Assembly (NCBI GenBank): GCA_024626585.2
Contig: JANKJI020000004.1
Span: forward strand, 164,308,151-164,335,342
From: Ginkgo biloba
Lineage: Eukaryota > Plantae > Ginkgophyta
Length of the DNA: 27,192 nt
Direction: 5' to 3'
The notes below the pieces were generated by a model. The model did not search any database. It was not told the DNA's origin and saw nothing but the letters and a program-made list of their open reading frames with translations. The position numbers and the translations under genes were made by a program. Below, one piece after another: positions 1-12,800 of the stretch. Positions within the stretch are counted from its first letter, which is position 1, and each line of letters begins with the position of its first letter.

Positions 1-869
1 TATCATACCACACTTAAATAGATGAACAAACAAAAATTGTACACAAGTACCTCAAAGGATCCATAGGGCCTTCATTTATTTTCCATATAAATGTAACATG
101 ATTTGAATTATAGCTTGGCTTATATCATGAAAAGATTTGGAATTGGTTACCCGTGTAACATCTTAATCTTCCATCCCACTGCTTTGCCCTCAATTATAAT
201 TCATTTCATTATCTTTATCTCACCCTATTTTTTTTCCTCCTTATTAAGGGATTATCAACCCCCTCTTTTTGGGGGTTTTTATATACTTCATAGGGTTTTT
301 TAAGTTCTCCTTTTCCTCCTTCTCTATAATCCCTTTTTTCTTTGAAGAAAGTATTGATCTAAGTATTAATTATGGGGTTTTCATCTATGTTTTTTAAATA
401 TCCTATCAAAGAAAGAATCCTAAATTCCCAAATAAAATCCAAGGCAATTTTTAAAAGGACAAAAGCTCATTAGAAATAATTCTTGAATGTAATATAAGGA
501 AAAGATAGAAAACACTTTTCTTTAATGAGAATATAAGCATAGAGAAAAGTGCCAAGAACATTTTAAAAGATGTCAAACAAATAGTTGTAGTTAAAACAAA
601 AACAATAGAAAAAAGCTCACCTTCCTATCTGAAAGGATAGCCAAAAGAATGCCTAGTTCAATGTAATACTTCCATTGTCATTTAAAATTTAGAACAATAG
701 CAAAGGAGCTAGTACAAAGGAAATGGTAAATATTATGAGAGAAATGCCCCATTCACATATTTTTTGGTCTAAAGGTAGCCACANNNNNNNNNNTGAAATA
801 TCTCCACATGAGACCATACAATATGAAGTAAAGAAGCCAAGAAAGAGATCAAGAAATCTTGGAATCAAG

Positions 870-1215
870 ACCTTGGATTGTACATTGCATTAAAGACATG
901 GAGAGTTTGTTAGAGAAGACATGAGATCAAGGCAAAGATTTCAAATATGGGCCCATATTTTGACTTTATAGAAAAAGGACATGTGAAGACACTAATCTAG
1001 GTTAGATTCCATAAGCTTCCTTGAGAATACATGAATGAAAGAATCTTAACAAACATGGAGATTTTTTTAGGGAAGACTACACATCCCAAGATTTACAAAA
1101 GATCATAAAATGACAACATTTGCAAGAATAAGTATAGCAATATCCCTAAATGAATGTTTGATGCAATAAATCATACTTAATGTAGCCAATTATGAATGGA
1201 CACAAGAAATAAACT
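870..1215 (+). mobile_element. Degenerate L1-type LINE ORF1 fragment (DUF4283 to zinc-knuckle linker)
   Basis: Reads GPYF...LI*VRFHKLP*EYMNERILTNM...TFARISIAISLNECLMQ*IILNVANYEWTQEIN, resembling the plant LINE ORF1 consensus VWVRL..LP.EYW.E.IL..IG...FARICVEIDL..PL...I.L......W.Q..DYE. Contains stops and frameshifts. Confidence 0.75.
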
Positions 1216-4200
1216 NNNNNNNNNNNNNNNNNNNNNNNNNNNNNNNNNNNNNNNNNNNNNNNNNNNNNNNNNNNNNNNNNNNNNNNNNNNNNNNNNNNNN
1301 NNNNNNNNNNNNNNNATGTATGAGTTCAACCATGTTGAGTCATGTTGTTTGTGAAATCCTATGGTTGTTTGTCAAATCCAATGGATATGTGTTCATAGAA
1401 ATGATTTCAGAAATGTAGATAAAAGTTTTTAGAAATTGAGTATAGTTGTGTTGTTGTTGAGATTTTGGTTTGAAGAGTGAAGCTACAAAGTATCATGCTG
1501 GAGCTCTGTTTGTAAAGTAAAATGCATGCAAGAGTTTTTTGTGTTGAGTAAATATTTTTTGAAGTTCTGTAAAGTGTGTGTTGCAGTGAAGTATGCATGC
1601 ACATCTTGTGCTTCTGAAGGAATTGAGCATGTGGGAGGAACAATTTATGGAATGTCTGGCTATCATTAAACATTTTATTGCTTGTGTTTGGGTCGCCTTA
1701 GTTGTGCAACTATTCTGGGCAAGAACAACATAGAGCAGGAAAATGTTGTACTGTAAGCGTTGAAGAGCGTATGAACAAGAAATCACTGAGTTGAATTACT
1801 AGAAAAGAAATAAAGATCATCGAAGAACATTGACCATTGCTTAATACACTGCCCATTGGTTCCTAGAATTTATTGTGAAGACATTGCAGTGGGGCCAATG
1901 TTGTAGTGCAATCTGTAGAAGGGGAATTTTGTTACTTGTAAAGCCCGACTGCAATTGCAGGTGAGAGGAGAGGAATAACTGTGTAGGGGGCATCCCTGGA
2001 GGTAGGCGACCCTCCCTATGGCATCTTCATATGTTGCGGGAGATAGTTAAGGCCAAACATAACCGTAGTTATTGCATAGCGACAGAGATTTCCATGTTGG
2101 GCCACCGAAAGTCAAATGTGCATAGCCGGAGAAGACGTAGTTCCTATGGGAATACTTTTGGCCTGGTGAGAGAAGGAGAAATCGAGCCATAGCCGATGGC
2201 GAGATGTTCACATGCAAAGCCGTAAGACAAAAATGCATTGCAAGCCGTAGTGAGGAGATGTGCAAGTGACGCCAAAGTAAAAGGAAATTTTTTTAAATCC
2301 TAAGTTATGTTAAAAATTAAAATTTTAATTCTTTTTTATGTTTTTTGAAATCCGCCATTTAAAATCAATTAGCCCCTTGAGTTTAAATCACGGTCACATG
2401 TGCTGAGAAGTCTATGGTGTTAAAACAATTTTAAAAGTCCCTTCGATGTTAAAGTCATGTTTGTATGGGTCAAATATAACCATAGTTAAGGTTTGCAAGG
2501 CCAGCATTTTATTNNNNNNNNNNNNNNNNNNNNNNNNNNNNNNNNNNNNNNNNNNNNNNNNNNNNNNNNNNNNNNNNNNNNNNNNNNNNNNNNNNNNNNN
2601 NNNNNNNNNNNNNGATGCATAAGGGCTCTTAATTTCTGTGATAGACCCAATATCTAATACGTCTTAGATCAATCTCTTAATTTGGGACTTTTGATGATGG
2701 TTATAATAGTATAGTTTCTAAATTGTTGGTCCTTTATTTAGGTTTACCTCAATGATGTGTTCCATCCCCTATGTGGTGGTAGTTCCTCTCGTAATTCTTG
2801 AAAAAATTGTTAGTGTCTATCAAGTGCTTATTTAATATATATTCTTTGTGCTTTTGTAGAAATATCTTTATATCAATTGGTCATAGAATTTCCATGTGGT
2901 ATAGTATAGTTGTGAATCATTAGTGGCCTTTTCATAAAATCTTAACATGAGAAAGTCCTCGATGGGGTTGGTTCCATAGGTTCTCAAAATTATTAGTCGT
3001 TGTACTCCTAGCACTATATCTACTCCTCCAACTTTGATTACATAGAATGAATCTTTAAGAGTGTAATCACCCAATTTCAACTCCACATTTTTAACTACCC
3101 CTTTGCACATGATCTGCATATGTTCAGGTACACTTACAGGGAATCTTTCACTTGCATCAACTTCTTATCTAGGATGTTAAAAGTGTTGCCTAGATCAACC
3201 ATTGCCAATAGCTTATTCTTCTTGAATGCATCATTGGCGATGGTTGATCTTTCACCTGTCATGGTTGCAAATGAAAATTTTTTACTTCTGATGTCTATCA
3301 TGGCCTGTGGTTTTGGATCCTTCATTGCATTGTCTTCATCATTATTATTTTGGATCCGTTCATCTTCTTGTCTTTCTGCGGCTAGTTCTTCATTTTCTAT
3401 TCCATCATCTGATTCTCTTTGAGGCTCTACCATGAACAACTTCTTTTGGGCACATTTGTGGTCATGGGACCACAGTTCTTTGGTAGGTCATTTGTGGTCA
3501 TTCTGGTTGTCTTCCACCTTGTTCGTTATGTGAGGTTCTTCTTTGAGTCAAGAAGCATCTCCATTTAAAGGCTCAATACCTTTCCTCCGCTTGGCATGCA
3601 TAAAAGATTGCCTTTTCAAGGGTTCCTTGTGCAAACATTCTAACATCTACTCTCAAGTGAGCCCTAAAGTTTGCAATATAAAACTCCTTGCTTTTGACTC
3701 ATATAGACTTCTACTAACATTTGTCTTCAATGATATAAGTGAGCAAATTGAATGTTTTTTGTTTCATTCTAGTTTCAGTCTACACTTAAATAAAAATTCA
3801 AGACAAACTTTTCAAATGTTTTTATCATGGTTTGTTTTCATTCCCACTATCTTACTCCCCATGTGTGCGTGGGTCCCTCCATATACTAAACCATTGTTTG
3901 TAGCTTCTCGATTTCCTTACTTAATCCCACCTGGTCATAGGCTAAGTTTAGACCATTTCTGTGGTTCAATTGGACCATTGAAGCTATAGTTTGGAATTTT
4001 TAACTGTAAGTTATATGATTCTTTTGATACTTCCCTAGATGACCTACACTCGGTTGTCATTAGTTCTCCTTTGCAATGCCTAAGTCTCTTCTTATTCTTA
4101 GTGCAAAAATGTTTGGTTGCTTAAACTCCTAGTAATACATTATAATAATGGGTCGAGTCATGCATGGATTAGATTGATTGACATCTACTATGTTTATCTT

Positions 4201-4370
4201 GTCATCCACTATGTTTATCCTGTTATCCAATTTGATGTCGATATCATTGATCTTGGAATCTAATTTCTCATAGGTAGCAATATGCCATTTTGAATTTTTT
4301 CCATTTTCCTCCATTTCTTTTTATTGCCTTGTTTGTACCATATGCCCTTCTTGGTTCGGAATTGTCAAAA

Positions 4371-4381
4371 CTCTGATACCA
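4371..4381 (-). promoter_or_regulatory. Primer binding site, tRNA-iMet
   Basis: TGGTATCAGAG directly after the LTR end CA-AG; canonical plant iMet PBS. Confidence 0.9.
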
Positions 4382-4383
4382 CT

Positions 4384-4926
4384 TGTAGTGACCCAAACAA
4401 GAAACTACTAAATAATATATAAAAATTAACAGTTCATAGATAAAAGAATATATAATTACCACAGTAAGAACAATATTCAATCATATAAACATTTGAAAAT
4501 ATCAAAATACCGTGATAATCGAGTCGCAAGATAGAGTTAAACATTAAAATAATAGTCAAAGTACATAATACTTGAAAGAAAGAAGGGGTGTGGTGCACTT
4601 GCTATCCACAAATAGTCTCTAAATTGGGAGCACCTATTTCTCATTGTAGAAAGATCTTCCAAGAAGAAAATAGGTAAAATGATGGTGAACTTATGATGAA
4701 AAATAGGTGAAATAAGGTCCTTTTGTAGCTTAAACCTAGTTGCCTCACTTCAAGGGTCATGTCACTTGGATAAAGGGTGACTTATTGATCCTTTCATGCC
4801 TTTTATCTTAATAAACTTGGATGCTTGACTATAAGCCCTCCTTTAGTGCTAATTTGGATTCAATTTAAACTTCTTTAACCCTTACCTTTAAGATTTTATT
4901 TTGCAACTCCTAGTTGGGACATAACA
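4384..4926 (-). repeat. LTR (family A, copy 1), 543 bp
   Basis: Starts TGTTATGTCCC and ends GGGTCACTACA (imperfect terminal inverted repeat, TG..CA). Followed after 2 nt by the PBS. Collinear with 26666-27192. Confidence 0.85.
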
Positions 4927-5327
4927 AAGTTCCCTCGCAAAAACAACAATCATGTCGTCATTGNNNNNNNNNNNNNNNNNNNNNNNNNNNNNNNNNNNNN
5001 NNNNNNNNNNNNNNNNNNNNNNNNNNNNNNNNNNNNNNNNNNNNNNNNNNNNNNNNNNNNNNNNNNNNNNNNNNNNNNNNNNNNNNNNNNNNNNNNNNNN
5101 NNNNNNNNNNNNNNNNNNNNNNNNNNNNNNNNNNNNNNNNNNNNNNNNNNNNNNNNNNNNNNNNNNNNNNNNNNNNNNNNNNNNNNNNNNNNNNNNNNNN
5201 NNNNNNNNNNNNNNNNNNNNNNNNNNNNNNNNNNNNNNNNNNNNNNNNNNNNNNNNNNNNNNNNNNNNNNNNNNNNNNNNNNNNNNNNNNNNNNNNNNNN
5301 NNNNNNNNNNNNNNNNNNNNNNNNNNN

Positions 5328-6067
5328 TTCCGCATAAACTTTATTAAAACCTCCAACACCAAGCGAGTATATCAGGATGGATGGAAGTTGTCAATAGAAT
5401 GACAATTTATCTCTTAAGAAGGTATAAGCATAAACATCCCAGTATGTGGGATGAAAGCATTATGTATATCCATCATAGTTATCATTGAGCTATTCATATC
5501 TCTACGTAGGACTCACCCTTTGAGGCTCGCTTGTGTTTCTTATCCAAGGATGATCTATCTATCAACAACATGGTGTCAAAAGCATCTTCACTCAAGGAAA
5601 GAACATATTAAACAAGTGTAAAGGCAAGTGCAAGAGATGTTTCTAAAGAATCAATAGAAACACAAGGAAAAACATGATAATTATAAATCAAACCATCAAT
5701 TTTAGGTGGGATAGAATGCCTTCAAGCTAGATTTGCCTCCTTATATGGGAATCCACCCAACTTTCAATGTTAATAGTTTGAAGCTCTTTAAGCCCTCCAC
5801 ATTGGATGGAGAGGAAGATGAAGATGAGGATATCATGCCACCTCCTAAAGAGCTTATTCTAGATGCATATAAGGTATTATAAGAAGATATAATTTTTTAA
5901 ACCAAGGACACAACATGCAGATAGGGTGTCACCAAGTTATATAAAGTTGATAGAAAGGGGCAAGTACCTCAAGCTAGAAAATAGTTCACGGAGGAATAAG
6001 TTNNNNNNNNNNNNNNNNNNTTGATTAAGATGATGCTGGATACCACCATATTTAAAGGGAGGAGGTT
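5328..6067 (+). mobile_element. Degenerate Ty3/gypsy integrase 3' region plus polypurine tract; probable LTR start TG at 6068
   Basis: Reads ...MEVVNRMTIYLLRRYKHKHPSMWDESIMYIHHSYH*AIHIST*DSPFE (cf. QTEVVNR..LLR...P..WD..L....SYN.AIH.STG.SPFE) and LDLPPYMGIHPTFNVNSLKLF. PPT AAAGGGAGGAGG from 6054, then TT-TGATCTGGG. Confidence 0.85.
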
Positions 6068-6672
6068 TGATCTGGGTTAGATATGATTCAAAACTAAAAA
6101 TAATCTATTTACTCACTGACAATCTGCTAGTCACCTAGTGACTGGTAGAAAAATAAAATAAGGAGAAATAAGTCACTTGAGTTACTTAGAGTGCATATCA
6201 ATCACCTACTTACTAGCAAGTGAATTGAAGTACATGCTAATCACTTACCCACTGGGAGATGATAGTCTGCCATATAAATGGAAAAATGGTAGCAATTGGA
6301 TTTTTTATGTCATTTGACAAGAAAAATAAATAGCCAGACCATCTTACATTAATAGACTGATAAAATAACAGATGAACAGCCAACGGAATGTGGCTGATTT
6401 CAAAAAGAATTGTGAATAAAGTAAATACATATTCTAGGACCAGGTGCCATATATCAATGCCATGTAGACCAAAAAAGCAGCTCTCCAAAGAGCTTATTGG
6501 TCTACCATTAATACAGATGGAATGCTTATCGGGCTTCTATGAGAAAAAATAAAGTCCATGCTTTGCATCCCTTTAGAAAGGTTGCAGCAGCTATCACTCC
6601 CTGCATATAATGCCTGATACTTGATAGCCAGCAGCCCCAAAAAAGCAACTCGCTCTAAATTAAAACTAAAGA

Positions 6673-6819
6673 TCATTTGCATCGCCTTTTTGCTTCACTA
6701 TAAAGAATTACCCCAATGACTGTGAGGGTATATCCAAGCATTCCCGTGACAGATACAGGATTCCTAAAAAGCAGGATGGAGACAACTACTGCTACAGCTC
6801 CCTTTGCATTGCCTAGAAC
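6673..6819 (-). CDS. UUAT: Transporter exon 4 (last coding exon)
   Basis: Acceptor TGCAG|GTT at 6820/6819. Reads [48 protein letters not shown], then TGA at 6675-6673. Confidence 0.93.
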   Translation of the reverse strand, partial: VLGNAKGAVAVVVSILLFRNPVSVTGMLGYTLTVIGVILYSEAKRRCK

Positions 6820-9800
6820 CTGCATGAGTGACAGTTGCATTTTAACATAAGTCAACAGTTTCCAAGTAGAAATATTCCATGATGACGTTTTTTATGTCAG
6901 GATATTTCAGCAGTCACTTAAAAAAATTTACCTAAGCATAATCATCTCTAACAACCTTAAATTGAAAATAGCAATGCCCTGTGATTGCAATAATTGGAGG
7001 ATAACTAATATGGGTAAAACACACAACATGGGGGTACCCTTCACAAAATTGCTTCTACAATCAATATAGAACAAAACAGCAAACAAATAGAAAATTCAAA
7101 AAAATGTCCCTCTAATTATTACCAATTAGTAGGTACCTCAATTACAAATAAGATAAAAGAAAAGGAAATAGAGAGTGATGTGAAAAATGCTATTATGAAA
7201 AATGTAAATGAAAAAATGTATCTCATTCCTTCTAAACATGTCAGAGAGCTCATGGTTAGAGAGACCCTATAATAGCTTTCCAGCAATATACAGAAGTACA
7301 TGAGCCTGAATTCTGGTAAATTAGGTATTATTGAAATCAAGTACACATTTGNNNNNNNNNNNNNNNNNNNNNNNNNNNNNNNNNNNNNNNNNNNNNNNNN
7401 NNNNNNNNNNNNNNNNNNNNNNNNNNNNNNNNNNNNNNNNNNNNNNNNNNNTTTTTTTCATCATTAGTAATGATATTATCTAACTCAATTCATCCACCAC
7501 TTGATTCATCTTACTAGACTTATGTTTAAGCATAAAAGAATATACCTATAAAAACTCCACCCATTTGGTATATCGAGCATTCAACTTACCTTGATAATTC
7601 ACATACTTCAATGCTTGATTGTCAATATACAACTTGAACTCTTTGGATAACAAATAATATCTCTAATAATTGAGTGCTTGTACCAACCTATAAAATTCCA
7701 AATCATATCGTGAATACTTTTATTCATTATCATTCAAATTCTCACTAAAAAATGTTGTTAACCTACCTTCTTCACTGAGTACAACTTCGAATCTTGTCAC
7801 TGATGCATCCCACTCAACTTCAAAAACTTTATCAAAAATTGGTAGTGCAAGGAAGGGTGCCTCTATCGCCTTCTTCTTTAATATTTCAAAGCTATATTAT
7901 GTAGCTTTTATCTATTGGAATTCCTTTCCCATTAGGCAGTCGGTCATAGGTGATGTAATGATACTGAAGTTATTGATGATCTTTCAATAAGAACTTTCTA
8001 ATCCACAAAATCTTCTTACCTTAGTGACACTGGTTGATGTTGATCGTTCCATGATCACCTTAACCTTCTTTGGATCCATCCGTAGTCCTTTTCTAAAAAT
8101 GACTACTCCTTAATATATAAGACTCTGTCTGAAGAAACTACACTTCTTCAAGTTCACAAATAGACCCTCTTGTCATAGTATTTCAAATACTTGTCAAAGA
8201 TACTCTTTGTGCTCATTGACATTCTTACTAAAAATCAGGATATCATCCATATATAAAAAAATACACATACCAATTACTAGTTACAATATAGAGTTCATTA
8301 GCCTCATGAAAGTGCTAGGTGCATTGGATAATATGAATGGAATAACCCTCCATTCATCTCTCCTCTTAAAATATGTCTTCCACTCATCTCCTTCTCTGAT
8401 GTAAATTTGATAGTATCTACTTCTCAAGTACACATTTGAAAAGCATATATTCCGTATGGGGAGGTGATACAATCTTTAGCTAATATAATCAATAGACAGT
8501 GATACAGTGACCCTCAAAAGGTCATTTGTGATGTTTGTTCAAAAATTTCAATTGGGGAACAGTTCTGTTTATTTCACTTCCCAATTTCTAGAAAATGGCA
8601 CTCGAGGAGTGTTTGAAACAAGAGCAAAAGGAAAATATGAAGCTAGGTAGTACTCTCTTCACAGACAAATGGTAGACACATCACAAAAAAATACTCCTTT
8701 GTATGCTATGAGCTTTAATGGGGAAACAATTGATAAAACCTGAATGTTTCTTCCATGAAATCTAAACACAGTCAAAAAGCCAAACTCGCCAGCAGATAGT
8801 CAGTGCACACATTCACTCCAGTATGCCAGTATATGACTGAGGTCCTCCTNNNNNNNNNNNNNNNNNNNNNNNNNNNAATTCATTAAGAAAAGAGCAGCAT
8901 ACAGACCATTTCAAATGATTCTTCACAAACTATAGAATAGTGACAAATATAATCAAGACTACCAATGTAAATAAACAACCACGAGTATGGCAAAGATTTT
9001 AACAGGACAAAACGGCCAGGTTGATTGTGCATCTTGTCTAATAAGCTGGTTATTTTAATGTGGCATTATAAGCATCTGGTTTCATGATATAATGCAAGTG
9101 TTCAACAGAAAACAAATATACATCTTTAACTCAAATGACAGAAAGACCATTTAATATCAGATCAAATTCTAATCAATAACATTTCATGGAAATTCTGGCT
9201 GGGTGTCTAGTTTTTTAACATATACATGATCTCCCTATCAGCAAGAAAAATTAACCTGCTGCACCTTCTTTTATAGTTCATAAACATGTAAAATAGTTCA
9301 ACAAAATGCCAGGCATACAAGAAAAAAGGAAACCGATTTAGTATACGAAGAGATTAAATACAACAAAATGCAGCAAAGTAGGCAATTCATATATGTGCCA
9401 AAAGTTGGCAAAAATGCCGCCGACTAGGTTCAGTTCTAAGAGCAGCAGTCCATCCTATATATGAGGGAGAGATTTATGAAACTTGGTGATGGGGTCAATG
9501 TTGACCATTGCATTTTCACTCAGTCAGACCTGATAGGAGTTTAACATCAGCTGACTCAAAAGTTTGTTTTAGAGATTACAAACAATGACCAGACTATACT
9601 ACTGAAAATAAGGCATTTAGCATGCAAGCTACAAATATGCAAAGACACAATGTGTTTGCAGAATCAGACCTGATAGGAGGAAATCGCAGCTGACTCAAAA
9701 GATTGCCTTAGAAATTACAAATCATGACCAGACTATACTATTGCATATAGGGCAATTAGTATGCAAACTACAAATATTTAAAGGCATTGCAGGCTGATGG

Positions 9801-12800
9801 CCACGGATAACCACAACAGATGCCTGCTTTAAGATGCACTCCTTAGAATAATCAAACCTAACATCTTCTCAAAAGACATACCAATTTAACCTAGTGATTT
9901 ATTGTTGAACATAGCACAGAAAGAGTTGTCGACAAAAAATCACTAGGTGCAATGACCCAAATGGAAGTTCTGTGGCCCTTAAGNNNNNNNNNNNNNNNNN
10001 NNNNNNNNNNNNNNNNNNNNNNNNNNNNNNNNNNNNNNNNNNNNNNNNNNNNNNNNNNNNNNNNNNNNNNNNNNNNNNNNNNNNNNNNNNNNNNNNNNNN
10101 NNNNNNNNNNNNNNNNNNNNNNNNNNNNNNNNNNNNNNNNNNNNNNNNNNNNNNNNNNNNNNNNNNNNNNNNNNNNNNNNNNNNNNNNNNNNNNNNNNNN
10201 NNNNNNNNNNNNNNNNNNNNNNNNNNNNNNNNNNNNNNNNNNNNNNNNNNNNNNNNNNNNNNNNNNNNNNNNNNNNNNNNNNNNNNNNNNNNNNNNNNNN
10301 NNNNNNNNNNNNNNNNNNNNNNNNNNNNNNNNNNNNNNNNNNNNNNNNNNNNNNNNNTTTTAAGTTTAAGATTTTTAGCCTAAAGGGCCAGAGACCTAGG
10401 ATCTCGCTTCTGGCCTCTTCTAAACATAATTATGGTTTAAGGCATGTGCCTAGTGTGTGACACAACATGCTAGGTCTATGGTTTTCATACCAATGTACAT
10501 TCCAATACCCATAGGAGAAGGACAAATCAAAAGTTCCTATGGTAATATGAATATTATTTACAAGACTTGTCTCAGATAGAAATGCATATAGTTGTTCAGA
10601 AGCATGTTGTAATTGCATTGTATCTTGATTTGTTTGTCAACAATCCCCCACTGGGTTATTGTCTATGTATCGGAAGTAATGAACTGAATTCCAATATCAA
10701 TGCAGGTAAGTTATTTAAATTAAAAAGGCAAGAACACTGTGACAAGCATTTGCCTTAATGACAGCTGATTTTTGTATCATTAAACAACTATTGTGAATAA
10801 GTATTAATGGGATTGTAATAGGGCTGATAATGACTTTTAGCCCACTAAGGTTTCTAATTGCTAACCATGACTGACGAGGGTTACTCATCTGACTAGGATG
10901 ATGTTCAACTGAAGCTTATCATATTAATCCGGACAGGCATATTTTCTCCTGTAAGAAGGTATATAGTTGTTCCAAAAGCATGTTATAGTTATATGCCAAT
11001 AATCCCCCTCTCGGTNNNNNNNNNNNNNNNNNNNNNNNNNNNNNNNNNNNNNNNNNNNNNNNNNNNNNNNNNNNNNNNNNNNNNNNACTGTGACAGGTGT
11101 TTGCCTTAATAACAGCTCAATTTCATACCATTCACAATTAATGTGAATAAATAGTAATAGGACTGGATTACGGCTGATAATTAATTTTGGCCAGCTATTG
11201 TTTCTAGTTGCTATCCATGATCAACAAGGATTAATAATTTGACTAGGGTTATGTTCCACCAAGGCTTAGCATATTATTTTGTACAAAGGCATACTGGTAC
11301 TAGCAATCAAACTATTCAGCAATATGACTTTTACTTGTTCATTATGACTGTTGGATACAAGAAATAGAATGGATTCAACAGCCAACTTGATGCCATTAAA
11401 AGTTGAAGTTAACTTGTTTCTTTGAATGCACTGATGTGGGGTGTGCATTCACAATTCAATCCAGATATGGCCATAACTGTTCAACAATAGAAATTGCCAG
11501 TCATAATTTCAACTTCAGTAGTGTTAAGTTGATTAGTTCCATGTTTGAGTCACAAAGCACAAGTCCCTCTCTATACAAATAATTTGTAGTAGACTATGAC
11601 GCACTCAAAAAACCATGGTCACTAGAATGACCTACCTAATGAGCGGGACATCATCCCTCAATAGCACTAAAGTCTTAACTCTGTGAGGATTAAACAAACT
11701 CAACTATCATACTCCTACTAGCTAAACAACTACATCTATCCTAAATGTCTTCATACTAGTAAAATATATTAGGTCTCCTATATAACTTAGACCAAGTATC
11801 TTGTATACATCTATTTTAGTGATGAACATATCACGAAATACCAAAAGCCTAAACTTATGCACATCTGGATGCCAATGCATTATCAAATAGTTAATTAATA
11901 CCCCATTATAATTTAATTACAAGGTACCACAACCCCTCCATAGTCCACATATCCTCAACACCACTATATATTGAGGATTTAAATGACCAAATAACTCTCT
12001 CATGATGGGGTCATCGCTCTTCCTATTAATGGTGCATTATAGTTCGTGCATTTACATTTATAAAAAATAGTAAAAAAATTATCAATTTGTCAATAAACCT
12101 CTAAAAGAATTAGGAAATTATGATACACAATATATTTACACGTAATTTAGNNNNNNNNNNNNNNNNNNNNNNNNNNNNNNNNNNNNNNNNNNNNNNNNNN
12201 NNNNNNNNNNNNNNNNNNNNNNNNNNNNNNNNNNNNNNNNNNNNNNNNNNTTTTTCATAAATAGACATTTAGAAACAATTGTGGCTATGTCATTCTAGGG
12301 TGACATGATAACCTTTGCAGGTAACAGTAGGCATGGCATGCTCCCATTTTCAGTACAAATACCAAGCATTACTCTGTGGATAACGCTTCTCACTCAATTA
12401 TGTCACAAGTGCATGCAAAAGAGTCAACACCGAATGCAATTCTTGAGATACAAGCCATTGCCATGATCTATAGAGGCAAAATACATATACTACTATGATG
12501 TAATTTCTTTACTGCAATACTTTCAACCTGTATAGCATGGTTGCTATTATGATCCTATGGCATTTCCAAATGTTGCTGGTAATTGAAATTTCAGCATGAA
12601 TGGTGCTTACAAACACTACTTCACAGCAGATTCTTATGGCTCAAATCAGTTCATAGGTAAGATCATATCTGTCACTTGCCACAAAGGCAAATTGTATAGA
12701 CATCCTTTGTTTCCCGGATACTGCATCTGACACCTACATCAGCTTGAGATATGCTTTTAGGCTCCAAAGTCACAAAGTTCAACATTGAAGTAATTATGTC

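Larger units (their letters stand above)
2614..4926 (-). mobile_element. Degenerate Ty3/gypsy LTR retrotransposon, 5' half (LTR, PBS, gag, aspartic protease, start of RT); family A
   Basis: LTR 4926-4384 and PBS 4381-4371. WSHDHKC gag knuckle remnant ~3470-3450. Protease LAMVDLGNTFNILD (decayed DSG motif) and ELKLGDYTLKDSFYVIKVGGVDIVLGVQ (ORFs 3134-3439, 2868-3119). IFQE..ELPPHRG pre-RT motif ~2770-2810. Confidence 0.85.

Noticed and set aside
3120-3989. Plus-strand ORFs 3120-3422 and 3543-3989
   Set aside because: Antisense to the decayed gag-protease region; no recognisable protein.
11585-11931. Possible solo LTR (TGTAGTA...TACCACA) in intron 3
   Set aside because: Terminal inverted match is present, but there is no target-site duplication and no second copy in the window.
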